Shown here in pieces: positions 38,996-47,801 of a stretch of DNA of 64,000 nt (position 1 is the first letter of the stretch; the number at the start of each line of letters is the position of its first letter). The notes below the pieces were generated by a model, which was not told the origin of the DNA, did not search any database, and was given only the letters and a program-made list of their open reading frames with translations. Source of the DNA: an actinobacterium acAMD-2 (GTDB taxonomy: Bacteria; Actinomycetota; Actinomycetes; UBA12327); the NCBI GenBank assembly GCA_000754455.1, contig JNSE01000001.1:13923-77922 (forward strand). Direction: 5' to 3'. Position numbers and translations under genes: made by a program.

Positions 38996-39883
38996 ATGGC
39001 TAAAGGTCGCTTGCTCTTTGTTCACGCCCACCCCGACGACGAAGTCATCGGGAGCGGAATCGCTATGGGTAAGTACGTACGCGAGGGGCATCAGGTCACG
39101 CTGGTCACGTGCACGTTGGGCGAAGAGGGCGAAGTGGTCGTCCCGGAACTAGCCAACCTTGATTCGGCGCACGATGACCAACTCGGCGCCCATCGCCAGG
39201 GTGAACTGGCCAAGGCAATGCAGATCTTGGGTATCACTGATCATCGCCAGTTGGGTGAGGCTGGTCGCTATCGCGATAGCGGAATGATGGGCACGGAACA
39301 AAACGCCCGCGAAGATAGCTTTTGGCAAGCAGACTTAACGAAAGTTGCGACCGACATGGCGGCGGTTATTCGCGAAGTGCGACCACATGTTCTGGTCACT
39401 TACGATGAGTTTGGTGGTTACGGCCACCCAGATCACATTCAAGCTCACCGCGCTGCAATGTATGGCGCGGTGTTGGCTGCCGCTCCGTCCTACAAGCCCG
39501 AGCTTGGTGCAGCCTGGGATGTGTCAAAAATTTATTGGACAGCCTTCCCGGTTTCTAACGTTGAGCGCACGCGCAAGGTGTTGGCCGAGCGCGGCATTGA
39601 CTTCTTTTCCAATGATGAAGCCGAAGGTGGTCGCCCGTGGGCTTGCCCTGATGAATTTGTCACCACATCGATCACGGATCTCGGTCTTGAACCGACCAAG
39701 ATCGAAGCCTTGTTGGCTCACGAAACGCAGATTGCCAAAGACGCCCCGTTCCTGATGATTTCTCAGATGGTCGGGCCGGAAGGCTTGGGCACCGAGCACT
39801 TTCGACTCGTTCGCGGCCAGGTGGGAGCCACGAGCGGTGAGTTCAACCGCGAGGACGACTTCCTGTCTGGGCTTGACCTCTAG
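38996..39883 (+). CDS. mshB: mycothiol biosynthesis deacetylase MshB (N-acetyl-1-D-myo-inositol-2-amino-2-deoxy-alpha-D-glucopyranoside deacetylase, LmbE/PIG-L family)
   Basis: LLFVHAHPDDEVIGSG zinc-binding motif and 295 aa. Confidence 0.85.
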   Translation: MAKGRLLFVHAHPDDEVIGSGIAMGKYVREGHQVTLVTCTLGEEGEVVVPELANLDSAHDDQLGAHRQGELAKAMQILGITDHRQLGEAGRYRDSGMMGTEQNAREDSFWQADLTKVATDMAAVIREVRPHVLVTYDEFGGYGHPDHIQAHRAAMYGAVLAAAPSYKPELGAAWDVSKIYWTAFPVSNVERTRKVLAERGIDFFSNDEAEGGRPWACPDEFVTTSITDLGLEPTKIEALLAHETQIAKDAPFLMISQMVGPEGLGTEHFRLVRGQVGATSGEFNREDDFLSGLDL

Positions 39884-40026
39884 GACTCCCAGGGGATCGC
39901 ACCCCTCGGCCTAATGGCTATTTCTCCGGCTAGCGCTAGCCCAAATGGGTGACTGCGCACGCGCCTGATTGAGCGGGAACAGGAAACTGCTTTCACACGC
40001 GAAAACTGGGTGTCGAGGAGGCATGT

Positions 40027-42024
40027 ATGTGGGGATCCGGGAAGCTCAATAAGCGCACGATTTTGCCTAGCCAAACGGCAACGTTGACGCCTTCCCCTGG
40101 GCCTTCCCCTGAGCCTGCACCTGATGGCCTGCCCGCCCTCATCGCTGCACGCACTGCTGACGTAGGTCGCAACCGTGAGAAGCAGCGTCGTCGTCGTTTA
40201 CGCGCCATGGCGTGGTTGCTCGGAGTGCCCGCTGCATATTTGTGGTTCCGCCTTGCTGTTGGTGATCCCTTCAATGTCTTTTCGTTCCCCGATTTTGATC
40301 CACTCGTGGTCATGCCGTTGCTCTTTTTTGCCTTGCTTGCGGTGGTGTTGCTTGCTGGAACGGTAGGAGCGGGTCGATCACCGCATGTGATGTATCGACC
40401 AGAACAAATCAAGACGCGCTTGGACGATGTCATCGGTATTGATCCGGTGAAAGAAGATGTGGTTCGCAGTTTGAATCTCTTCTTGGCACACAAGCAGTTC
40501 GCCGATGAAATGGGTGGAACACCGCGACGAGGTTTGTTGTTTGAGGGAGCCCCGGGAACAGGAAAGACTCACTTGGCCAAAGCGATGGCGGCTGAAGCCG
40601 GAGTGCCTTTCCTCTTTGTCTCCGCCACGTCTTTTCAGTCCATGTACTACGGCGCTACGGCTCGCAAGATCCGCTCGTACTTCAAGAAGTTGCGCAAGGT
40701 GGCTCGCCAAGAGGGCGGCGCCATCGGGTTCATTGAAGAAATTGATGCGATCGCCATGGCTCGTGGTGGTTTGTCCGCAACGGTTGCCCCCGATTCAGTT
40801 AGTGCAGTCGCCCACGGGTGTGGCTCGCTTCACGCTCTGCCCACCTCGTTTGCGCTGTCACACACTGCTGGGGCCACGGTCATCAACCAGAACATCACGA
40901 GTGAAGGCGTGGGGGGAGTCGTTAACGAACTCCTCGTGCAGATGCAGTCTTTTGATGAACCGACCGGAACCCAGAAAATACAAACGTGGGTCATCGACAA
41001 GGTGAACCTGGTGCTGGCTGACGACCGTCAACTGCCGCGACCAGTTCCTCCGCGTACCAACATCTTGTTGATTGCGGCAACCAACCGCGCAGATAACCTT
41101 GATCCCGCCTTGTTGCGCCCGGGTCGTTTCGATCGCCGCTTGACGTTTGAATTGCCGGCGAAGGTTGGGCGTCGTCAATTGATTGACCACTTCTTGAAGA
41201 CCAAGGCGCATTCACCAGAGCTCGATGACGACGTTATGCGCGATCAAGTTGCTTCGGCCACTTCTGGCTACACGCCGGTGATGATTGAGCATCTCTTTGA
41301 TGAGGCGCTGGTCAACGCCGTTCGCCGTGGACAGCGGGAAATGTCGATGGGTGATGTAGAACGCGCTCGTATGGTCGAGGAAGTGGGACTTGGGCAGCCG
41401 GTTGCCTACACCGACCATGAACGCAAACTCATTTCCACGCATGAAGCCGGTCACGCCGTTGCTGCTTATCTGTGTGCGCCGGAGCGCCGTCTGGAGATTT
41501 TGACCATCATCAAGCGCCGACAGGCCCTGGGAATGTTGGCCCATGGCGATGCTGATGATGTTTTCACTCGCTCGCGTACGGAAATGCTGGCCCTCATTCG
41601 CATCGCCATGGCCGGACAGGTGGCTGAGGAACTCTTCTTTGGTGACATCTCCACTGGCCCTGGTGGCGACTTGCTCTATGCCACCAATGTTGCCTGCGAG
41701 ATGGTGGGCTCAGTGGGAATGACGGACACCTTGATCTCGTTCGCCGCAGTACAAAACGGCGCCTTCAACGGCAGCAACATCGTCGGTCGAGTCCTCAGCG
41801 ATGCTGACGGGCGAGCGCGGGTTGAAAAGCTATTGCAGGAGCAAAAAGCGGCCGTCAAAATTTTGCTGACTCAAAACCGTCATCTGGTGAAAGCCTTGCG
41901 TGATGCGCTGATGGTGCGAGAAGAATTGATCGGTCGCGAGATCACCGACGTTATTGAATCGGCCGGTGGCATGCAACGTGCAAGCTTGATTGATGTGCGA
42001 GCCGATGCGACGGAGCGAGCCTAG
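40027..42024 (+). CDS. divergent FtsH-like membrane AAA+ ATPase / M41 zinc metalloprotease paralog
   Basis: Two N-terminal TM helices are separated by only about 14 aa. Walker A is GAPGTGKTH. Walker B is atypical (GFIEEID). Two insertions of about 48 and 30 aa precede sensor-1 (ILLIAATNRAD); the second region of homology LDPALLRPGRFDRR follows. The M41 protease HEAGHAV motif and the downstream TGPGGDL are present. Confidence 0.8.
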   Translation: MWGSGKLNKRTILPSQTATLTPSPGPSPEPAPDGLPALIAARTADVGRNREKQRRRRLRAMAWLLGVPAAYLWFRLAVGDPFNVFSFPDFDPLVVMPLLFFALLAVVLLAGTVGAGRSPHVMYRPEQIKTRLDDVIGIDPVKEDVVRSLNLFLAHKQFADEMGGTPRRGLLFEGAPGTGKTHLAKAMAAEAGVPFLFVSATSFQSMYYGATARKIRSYFKKLRKVARQEGGAIGFIEEIDAIAMARGGLSATVAPDSVSAVAHGCGSLHALPTSFALSHTAGATVINQNITSEGVGGVVNELLVQMQSFDEPTGTQKIQTWVIDKVNLVLADDRQLPRPVPPRTNILLIAATNRADNLDPALLRPGRFDRRLTFELPAKVGRRQLIDHFLKTKAHSPELDDDVMRDQVASATSGYTPVMIEHLFDEALVNAVRRGQREMSMGDVERARMVEEVGLGQPVAYTDHERKLISTHEAGHAVAAYLCAPERRLEILTIIKRRQALGMLAHGDADDVFTRSRTEMLALIRIAMAGQVAEELFFGDISTGPGGDLLYATNVACEMVGSVGMTDTLISFAAVQNGAFNGSNIVGRVLSDADGRARVEKLLQEQKAAVKILLTQNRHLVKALRDALMVREELIGREITDVIESAGGMQRASLIDVRADATERA

Positions 42025-42036
42025 ATACTCCATAGT

Positions 42037-42432
42037 GTGAGGGTGAATCCCAGTCCTCGCCGGTTTTCCTGGTTCCTCCCGGTGCTCTTTGCCTACTTAG
42101 TGGGCGTTGTGGTGGCAACGGTTGGGTGCTTTTGGCAATCCGGGCAAAGCGTCCTGGGATCGCTGGCCATTCCGATTGGTCTCGTGGCAGCGCTGTTTGT
42201 CACCTGGCTCGGAGGCCAGATTGTCGTGACGTCAACGTCCCAACGGTGGGCGCCAACTGCCTATGCAGTGGCCTTTATTCAGATGGTCCTGACCCTAACG
42301 GCGACCACAGCGGCGGGCGATGTGGTGGTGGCCGCGACCTGGTACGGCTACGCGTTCTTGATACTTAGCTTGCTCATCGTCGGCTTTACCGCGGTTCGCC
42401 ACGGCATGCTTGGGCCCCGACGGCTGCGATAA
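42037..42432 (+). CDS. hypothetical 4-TM membrane protein, co-transcribed with the FtsH-like gene
   Basis: 131 aa of strongly hydrophobic helices, 12 nt downstream of the FtsH-like stop. Confidence 0.5.
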   Translation: MRVNPSPRRFSWFLPVLFAYLVGVVVATVGCFWQSGQSVLGSLAIPIGLVAALFVTWLGGQIVVTSTSQRWAPTAYAVAFIQMVLTLTATTAAGDVVVAATWYGYAFLILSLLIVGFTAVRHGMLGPRRLR

Positions 42433-42534
42433 GCACCGGGTCTGGCGGATTGTCGGAACCGGATTGAGGTTCCGCGCCGTCATAGGATGAAGGCGCCGAA
42501 ACGTCGGTGACTGTGTCTAGAGGATGGCAACAAC

Positions 42535-44343
42535 GTGGCAAGCGGCACTACCGGACAGTTAACCGCTGCCGAACTCTCAGCCCGGCGACTGCGCCGCCGT
42601 TTGATCATCGCCGCTGTTTTTGCCGTTTCACTGATCTTGATCGTGTTGAACGCCAACGCTCGGGGCAATGTCCCATCGGGCACCACGGTTGAGGGCGTTT
42701 CCATTGGTGGATTGAGCGCTGAACAGGCCGCGTCTGTTTTGACTAAGAAGTTGGCCCCTCGCATTAAGAAGGACATCACGCTGACTGCCGATGGCCGCAA
42801 GGTCACGGTCGATGCGCAAAAGGCGGGTCTCGCACTCGATGTTGAGGGCACTGTGTCTAAGGCCACGTCGCTGACGGGCACCGGAAATGTATTTTCTCGT
42901 CTTTTTGGCAAGGGAGGAGACATTGAGCCGGTTTATACCGTGAACCAGAGCGCCCTTGATCGATCCATTGCCAAGATTTCGAAGAAGTTGAACCGGGGCG
43001 TGGTGGACGGTGGTCTGGCATTTAGTGGCGCCACAGTTGAGGCGATAGAACCGAAGGCGGGCAAGGGAGTTACCGCCGAAAGCGTGACCGCCGCGTTGTT
43101 GGACACCGCTTTGGCCAAAAATCGCAAGCATGAACTCAGCCTTGAGGAGATCGCCCCTGCGTTGAGTGCGCAACAGGTTCAAGATGCGTTGAACTCTTTG
43201 GGTAAAACGGTTGTTTCCGGTCCCATCTCCTTGGATGTGTCCGTTCCTGGCACTGACGAATCAGCTGGGATCAACAAAACTGTCACGTTGCCTATTCGCC
43301 GTTTGTCACCGTTCCTCAGCACTGCTGTTGTGGACAAAAAGATTCAAATTGCTGTCAATGCCAATGCGTTGATCAAAAACTTGCAAAAGGATTTGGCTGG
43401 TTTACAAGAGCCTGCTCGCGATGCAACCTTCCGCATCAGTAATGGCAAGCCAGTAATCCTTCCCTCACGTGATGGTCAGCAGGTCAACGCCCAAGCTCTT
43501 GGTGGCGCAGTGGCTCGAGCACTCTCAAGCGATCAAGATCGCGTGGCCGATGTGGGATTGACCACGCAGCCGGCCGCATTTACTACTGAAGATGCAAAAA
43601 AACTCGGTGTGGTCGAAAAGATTTCAACCTTTACCCAGCCATTTCCTTACGCGCCCTATCGGTACCAAAACATTGGCCAGGCCGCCAAGCGAGTAAACAA
43701 GACCTTGCTCAAGCCGGGCGATGTGTTCTCCCTGAACTCCATAGCCAAAGAGCGCACTCCCGCTAACGGTTACACCACAGGCTTTGTGATCAAGTCCGGT
43801 CGCTTGCAGGAAGACTTGGGTGGGGGAGTCTCGACAATGGCCACCGCTACGTGGAACGCCGCATTTTTCGCTGGTCTGGAGCGCATTGAACAACGCGCGC
43901 ACTCGTTCTACATCTCGCGCTACCGGGCTGGCCTGGAAGCCACCGTGGCGTGGGGCACGCTGGACTTGAAGTTTCGCAATGATTCGCCGAACGGAGTATT
44001 CGTTACGGCAGTTCGTGGACGCGACTTCGTGCGCGTGACGATGTGGGGCACCAAGCGGTACGACATTGAGGCCGACACGGGTCCACGTACCAACCCGAAG
44101 CCGTACGCAACGGTTACTGACACGAGCGCAACGTGCACGCCACAAGATGGTGTGGGTGGATTCAAGATTGTGGTGACGCGAGTCTTCAAGCTCAATGGCA
44201 AAGAAGTTAAGCGCGAGCCGTTGACCACGACCTATAACCCGGCTGCCGACATCACCTGTAAGAAGCCCACGCCCAAACCCACTCCGCAGCCGACCACAAC
44301 GGTGAAGCCGACGCCCAAACCCACTCCCAAGCCCACGGGTTAA
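42535..44343 (+). CDS. VanW family protein with N-terminal TM, peptidoglycan-binding-like domains and Pro/Thr/Lys-rich C-terminal tail
   Basis: VanW core GGGVSTMATATWNAAFFAGLE, and a C-terminal KKPTPKPTPQPTTTVKPTPKPTPKPTG tail. Confidence 0.8.
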   Translation: MASGTTGQLTAAELSARRLRRRLIIAAVFAVSLILIVLNANARGNVPSGTTVEGVSIGGLSAEQAASVLTKKLAPRIKKDITLTADGRKVTVDAQKAGLALDVEGTVSKATSLTGTGNVFSRLFGKGGDIEPVYTVNQSALDRSIAKISKKLNRGVVDGGLAFSGATVEAIEPKAGKGVTAESVTAALLDTALAKNRKHELSLEEIAPALSAQQVQDALNSLGKTVVSGPISLDVSVPGTDESAGINKTVTLPIRRLSPFLSTAVVDKKIQIAVNANALIKNLQKDLAGLQEPARDATFRISNGKPVILPSRDGQQVNAQALGGAVARALSSDQDRVADVGLTTQPAAFTTEDAKKLGVVEKISTFTQPFPYAPYRYQNIGQAAKRVNKTLLKPGDVFSLNSIAKERTPANGYTTGFVIKSGRLQEDLGGGVSTMATATWNAAFFAGLERIEQRAHSFYISRYRAGLEATVAWGTLDLKFRNDSPNGVFVTAVRGRDFVRVTMWGTKRYDIEADTGPRTNPKPYATVTDTSATCTPQDGVGGFKIVVTRVFKLNGKEVKREPLTTTYNPAADITCKKPTPKPTPQPTTTVKPTPKPTPKPTG

Positions 44344-44372
44344 GTCAGCGGGTTAAGTCAGCGGGTTAAGCC
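44341..44372. repeat. 13-nt tandem direct repeat taagtcagcgggt (2.5 copies) spanning the stop codons of two convergent genes
   Basis: The sequence is gggTTAAGTCAGCGGGTTAAGTCAGCGGGTTAAGcc. The VanW TAA lies in copy 1 and the CysRS stop (tta, complement) lies in copy 3. Confidence 0.7.
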
Positions 44373-45847
44373 AAGCTCCAACTTTGTCCGTCTTTGGAAT
44401 CAGCCACCACAACACCCAAAATCGCGAGTTCGTCGCGCAACGAGTCTGAAGCAGCCCAGTCCTTGTCTGTTCGAGCCTGGGCACGCGCGTCGAGGAGTGC
44501 TTGAGCGCCAGCGGGCAATTCCTGTGCCACTACCGGCTTGCCGACTTCGCGGACCAGATCTAGACCTAACAGTCGGTCCAGGTAGTTGAACGTTTCGAAG
44601 CGTGCGCCAGGCTCCACGCTGTCGTCCTTTTCCAAGCGCCGCAACGCTTGAATGGCACGAGGAGTGTCAAGGTCTTCGTTGAATGCATTGACGACAGCCA
44701 CCCGAGTGGGTTCGTGCATCGGCGCCGAAGGTTCTTCCGCCCATTGAGCGATCTTGGTTCTCCATCGAGTCAAGGTGGTGGCAGCGGACTCAATGGCGTT
44801 CCATGTCAAATTCATCTGTTGGCGATAGTTGTGCTCCAAGAAGCACAAGCGCAAAGCCAACGGATCGATGCCACGATCAATCACATCTTGGAGAAGCAAA
44901 ACGTTGCCCGTGCTCTTGGCCATCTTGCGACCGTCAAAGAGCAAGTGCTCGGCGTGAACCCAATGCCGTACGACTTCTTTACCGACGGCCGCATCAGATT
45001 GTGCCTTCTCGTCTTCGTGGTGCGGGAATCGAAGATCAATGCCACCGGTGTGTACGTCGATGGTGTCGCCCAAGTGGTGCACGCTCATCGCCGAACACTC
45101 CACGTGCCAACCGGGGAATCCCACACCCCACGGCGTATCCCACACCAATTGGGTACGGGTGTCGCCGGCGACTTTCCACAAAGCCCAGTCCGCGTGAAAA
45201 CGCTTGCGACCACTGGCTTCCGGGTCCTCTTCGATAGCAAAACGCGTACCAGGCCGCAGGGCGTCGAGCTTGTTGCCGCTGATCGCCCCGTAGTTGTCGA
45301 TGGAGCGGGCATCGAAGTACACCGACCCATCGCCACCGACGTAAGCGTTCTTGTTGTCAATGAGTTTTTGGATCAGCTCAATCATCAAGTCAATGGATTC
45401 GGATGCTCGCGGGGCGGTATCTGCCGGCGTGATGTTGAGGCGCGACAAGTCCGTGAGGTAAGCGTCTTCGTAGAAACGTGCCACATCAAGTGCACTTCGA
45501 TTTTCCTGCTTTGCCTGACTCAAGATCTTGTCTTCGCCCGCTTCGTCCAACCCACGGTCATCAGCCATGTGTCCAACGTCGGTGATGTTTTGCACGACGG
45601 TGACGTGAAGTCCCTGCAACGTTGCCACGCGACGGATCAGATCCGAGAGCAAAAATGTACGAAGGTTGCCCACGTGCGCGAAGCGATACACCGTGGGTCC
45701 GCAGGCATAGATCGACAAACGCCCCGGTGTCGATGGCTCGATTTTTTCCACGCGACGAGTGCGAGTATCGGTTAAGTGCAGCAACTCGACTCCAGGTGGT
45801 GGTTGGCTGTTTAGCGTACGCAAGGTTGGGGGATTAGGCGCGTTCAC
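44366..45847 (-). CDS. cysS: cysteine--tRNA ligase (full-length CysRS architecture) with variant signature motifs HVGN / KMAKS
   Basis: It aligns end to end with CysRS: Zn ligands CGPT, WHVECSAM and FPHHEDE, and an anticodon-binding C-terminus (DKDWAASDSLRDELAILGVVV). HIGH is replaced by HVGN and KMSKS by KMAKS. The true start may be a GTG/TTG near VELLHL. Confidence 0.75.
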   Translation of the reverse strand: MNAPNPPTLRTLNSQPPPGVELLHLTDTRTRRVEKIEPSTPGRLSIYACGPTVYRFAHVGNLRTFLLSDLIRRVATLQGLHVTVVQNITDVGHMADDRGLDEAGEDKILSQAKQENRSALDVARFYEDAYLTDLSRLNITPADTAPRASESIDLMIELIQKLIDNKNAYVGGDGSVYFDARSIDNYGAISGNKLDALRPGTRFAIEEDPEASGRKRFHADWALWKVAGDTRTQLVWDTPWGVGFPGWHVECSAMSVHHLGDTIDVHTGGIDLRFPHHEDEKAQSDAAVGKEVVRHWVHAEHLLFDGRKMAKSTGNVLLLQDVIDRGIDPLALRLCFLEHNYRQQMNLTWNAIESAATTLTRWRTKIAQWAEEPSAPMHEPTRVAVVNAFNEDLDTPRAIQALRRLEKDDSVEPGARFETFNYLDRLLGLDLVREVGKPVVAQELPAGAQALLDARAQARTDKDWAASDSLRDELAILGVVVADSKDGQSWSLA

Positions 45848-46166
45848 GGGAACGTTTGGGCTCCGGTGGGATGACCTTGGCCGCGACGATCTTTGCTCGT
45901 TCGATCCTGATCACCTCGCCATCGCGTTTGACCACTTCAGCAATGGTGTCAGTCCAGATCCGGAGGTGGCCCAAAACGTCCGTCATCAGGACGTTTGGAT
46001 CTGTGGGGCTTTCGCCCCTGAGCAAATAGCGGATGCTCACCCGCTCACCGATGGAATCCTCGGTCAGAGCCACGATAAATCGGGCCCCGTGGGCAATCTG
46101 GGGCCGTCGCTCAGGGGGGTCAAAAGTGGGCGAATCAGGCGACACGAGCAACCCCCACGGTGACAT
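45834..46166 (-). CDS. hypothetical protein (~110 aa) overlapping and co-oriented with the CysRS gene
   Basis: The ORF 45834-46235 was trimmed to the internal Met MSPWGLLV... at 46166 to leave a promoter gap before the divergent ferredoxin gene. I recognise no domain. Confidence 0.4.
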   Translation of the reverse strand: MSPWGLLVSPDSPTFDPPERRPQIAHGARFIVALTEDSIGERVSIRYLLRGESPTDPNVLMTDVLGHLRIWTDTIAEVVKRDGEVIRIERAKIVAAKVIPPEPKRSRERA

Positions 46167-46235
46167 TGGTATTCGGGATCGCAATACTAGGGCGACCGAC
46201 GCGAAGTCGTTGGCTAACTCGGGAAGGAACCGCAC

Positions 46236-46562
46236 GTGACCTACGTGATCGCGCAGCCTTGTGTTGACCTTAAAGACAAGTCTTGCATCGAAGAATGTCC
46301 TGTTGACTGCATTTACGAAGGTGGCCGGATGCTTTACATCCAGCCTGATGAGTGCGTTGACTGCGGTGCCTGCGAACCGGTTTGCCCTGTCGAAGCAATC
46401 TTCTACGAAGACGATGTCCCCACTGAGTGGACGCCGTTTACTTCTGCCAATGTCGAATTCTTTGAAGGCGTGGGTTCACCCGGAGGAGCAGCTCGAGTTG
46501 GTGCAGCCGAGCGCGATGCTGCCATGGTGACTGGCCTGCCGCCGCAGGATCACAAAGAATAA
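46236..46562 (+). CDS. fdxC: 7Fe ferredoxin (FdxA/FdxC type, 3Fe-4S + 4Fe-4S)
   Basis: CIEECPVDCIY and CVDCGACEPVCP cysteine motifs. It lies upstream of dapC, as Rv1177 does. Confidence 0.85.
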   Translation: MTYVIAQPCVDLKDKSCIEECPVDCIYEGGRMLYIQPDECVDCGACEPVCPVEAIFYEDDVPTEWTPFTSANVEFFEGVGSPGGAARVGAAERDAAMVTGLPPQDHKE

Positions 46563-46563
46563 C

Positions 46564-47673
46564 GTGGCGTCATTCGCGACATCGTCTAACGCTCCTCTGT
46601 CGCGTTTACCCGCATTTCCCTGGGATTCAATTGCAAGCCACGCTCAGCGTGCGGCCGAACACCCAGACGGACTGGTTGACCTCAGCGTCGGCACGCCCGT
46701 AGACCCCACTCCAGATGTCATTCAGGCTGCGTTGGTTGAAGCAGCTAATTCCCCTGGATACCCAACAACGCACGGCACCGTGGAGTTGCGTCAAGCTGCT
46801 GTGAAGTGGATGGCACGCTCGGCTGGCGCGATTGATGTTGACCCTGCTGCGGTACTTCCAGTGATTGGCACCAAGGAAATCGTCGCGTGGTTGCCAACGA
46901 TGCTCGGTGTGAGTGCTGGGCAACGGATCGTCATTCCTGAATTGGCCTACCCGACCTACGACGTAGGTGCGCGACTGAGCCAAGCCGAGCCAGTCGTTGC
47001 GGCCGACCCCACGCTGGTCGAGGGCGATGTCTCGATGGTGTGGATTAATTCACCGTCCAACCCCACGGGCGAAGTACTCAGTGCTGAACGCATGCGAGCC
47101 ATTGTTGATTGGGCGCGCGATCGTGGAGCGCTGGTGGTGTCGGACGAGTGTTATCTCGAGTTGGGGTGGACTGCGCAGCCGGTATCCGTTCTTGACCCTG
47201 ACGTCTGCGGTGGAACAAGCGAGGGGATCCTTGCAGTCCACTCGTTGTCCAAGCGTTCCAATCTTGCGGGTTACCGATTTGGCTTTGTCGCTGGCGACGA
47301 ACGTGTCATCGCCGGATTAGTTGAACTGCGTAAGCACGCAGGAATGATGGTTTCTGGACCGGTTCAGGCCGCTGCTACTGCCGCTCTCAACGACGATGTG
47401 CATGTGGCGGTTCAGCGAGAGCGGTATGCCGCTCGACGCGAACTCTTAGCTCAAGCTTTGGTTTCGGCTGGTTTTTCGATCAGTCACTCAAACGCCGGTC
47501 TGTATCTGTGGGCCAGCCGTGGAGAGGCCGCGCTAGCGAGCGTGGCATGGCTGGCAGAACGAGGCATCCTGGTGGCTCCAGGCACCTTCTACGGATCAGC
47601 TGGGGCCGAACACGTCAGGGTCGCTCTGACGGCGACAGACGAGCGCGTACGGGCTGCGGTTTCGCGCCTGTAA
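46564..47673 (+). CDS. dapC: N-succinyldiaminopimelate aminotransferase DapC (actinobacterial type)
   Basis: 369-aa class I aminotransferase fold with a PLP lysine region (SLSKRSNLAGYRFG). It sits downstream of fdxC with a 1-nt gap. Confidence 0.8.
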   Translation: MASFATSSNAPLSRLPAFPWDSIASHAQRAAEHPDGLVDLSVGTPVDPTPDVIQAALVEAANSPGYPTTHGTVELRQAAVKWMARSAGAIDVDPAAVLPVIGTKEIVAWLPTMLGVSAGQRIVIPELAYPTYDVGARLSQAEPVVAADPTLVEGDVSMVWINSPSNPTGEVLSAERMRAIVDWARDRGALVVSDECYLELGWTAQPVSVLDPDVCGGTSEGILAVHSLSKRSNLAGYRFGFVAGDERVIAGLVELRKHAGMMVSGPVQAAATAALNDDVHVAVQRERYAARRELLAQALVSAGFSISHSNAGLYLWASRGEAALASVAWLAERGILVAPGTFYGSAGAEHVRVALTATDERVRAAVSRL

Positions 47674-47801
47674 CGCGAACTTTGCACCTTCTCGTCGTAT
47701 TTGCCGACCTGATGTCCGGTGCCTAGGCGTGAGGCGTTAGTTTTGGGGCTTGCCGATCAGACCGGTCGGACACCGAAGTTTCAATCCCGGCGGAGGACCT
47801 C

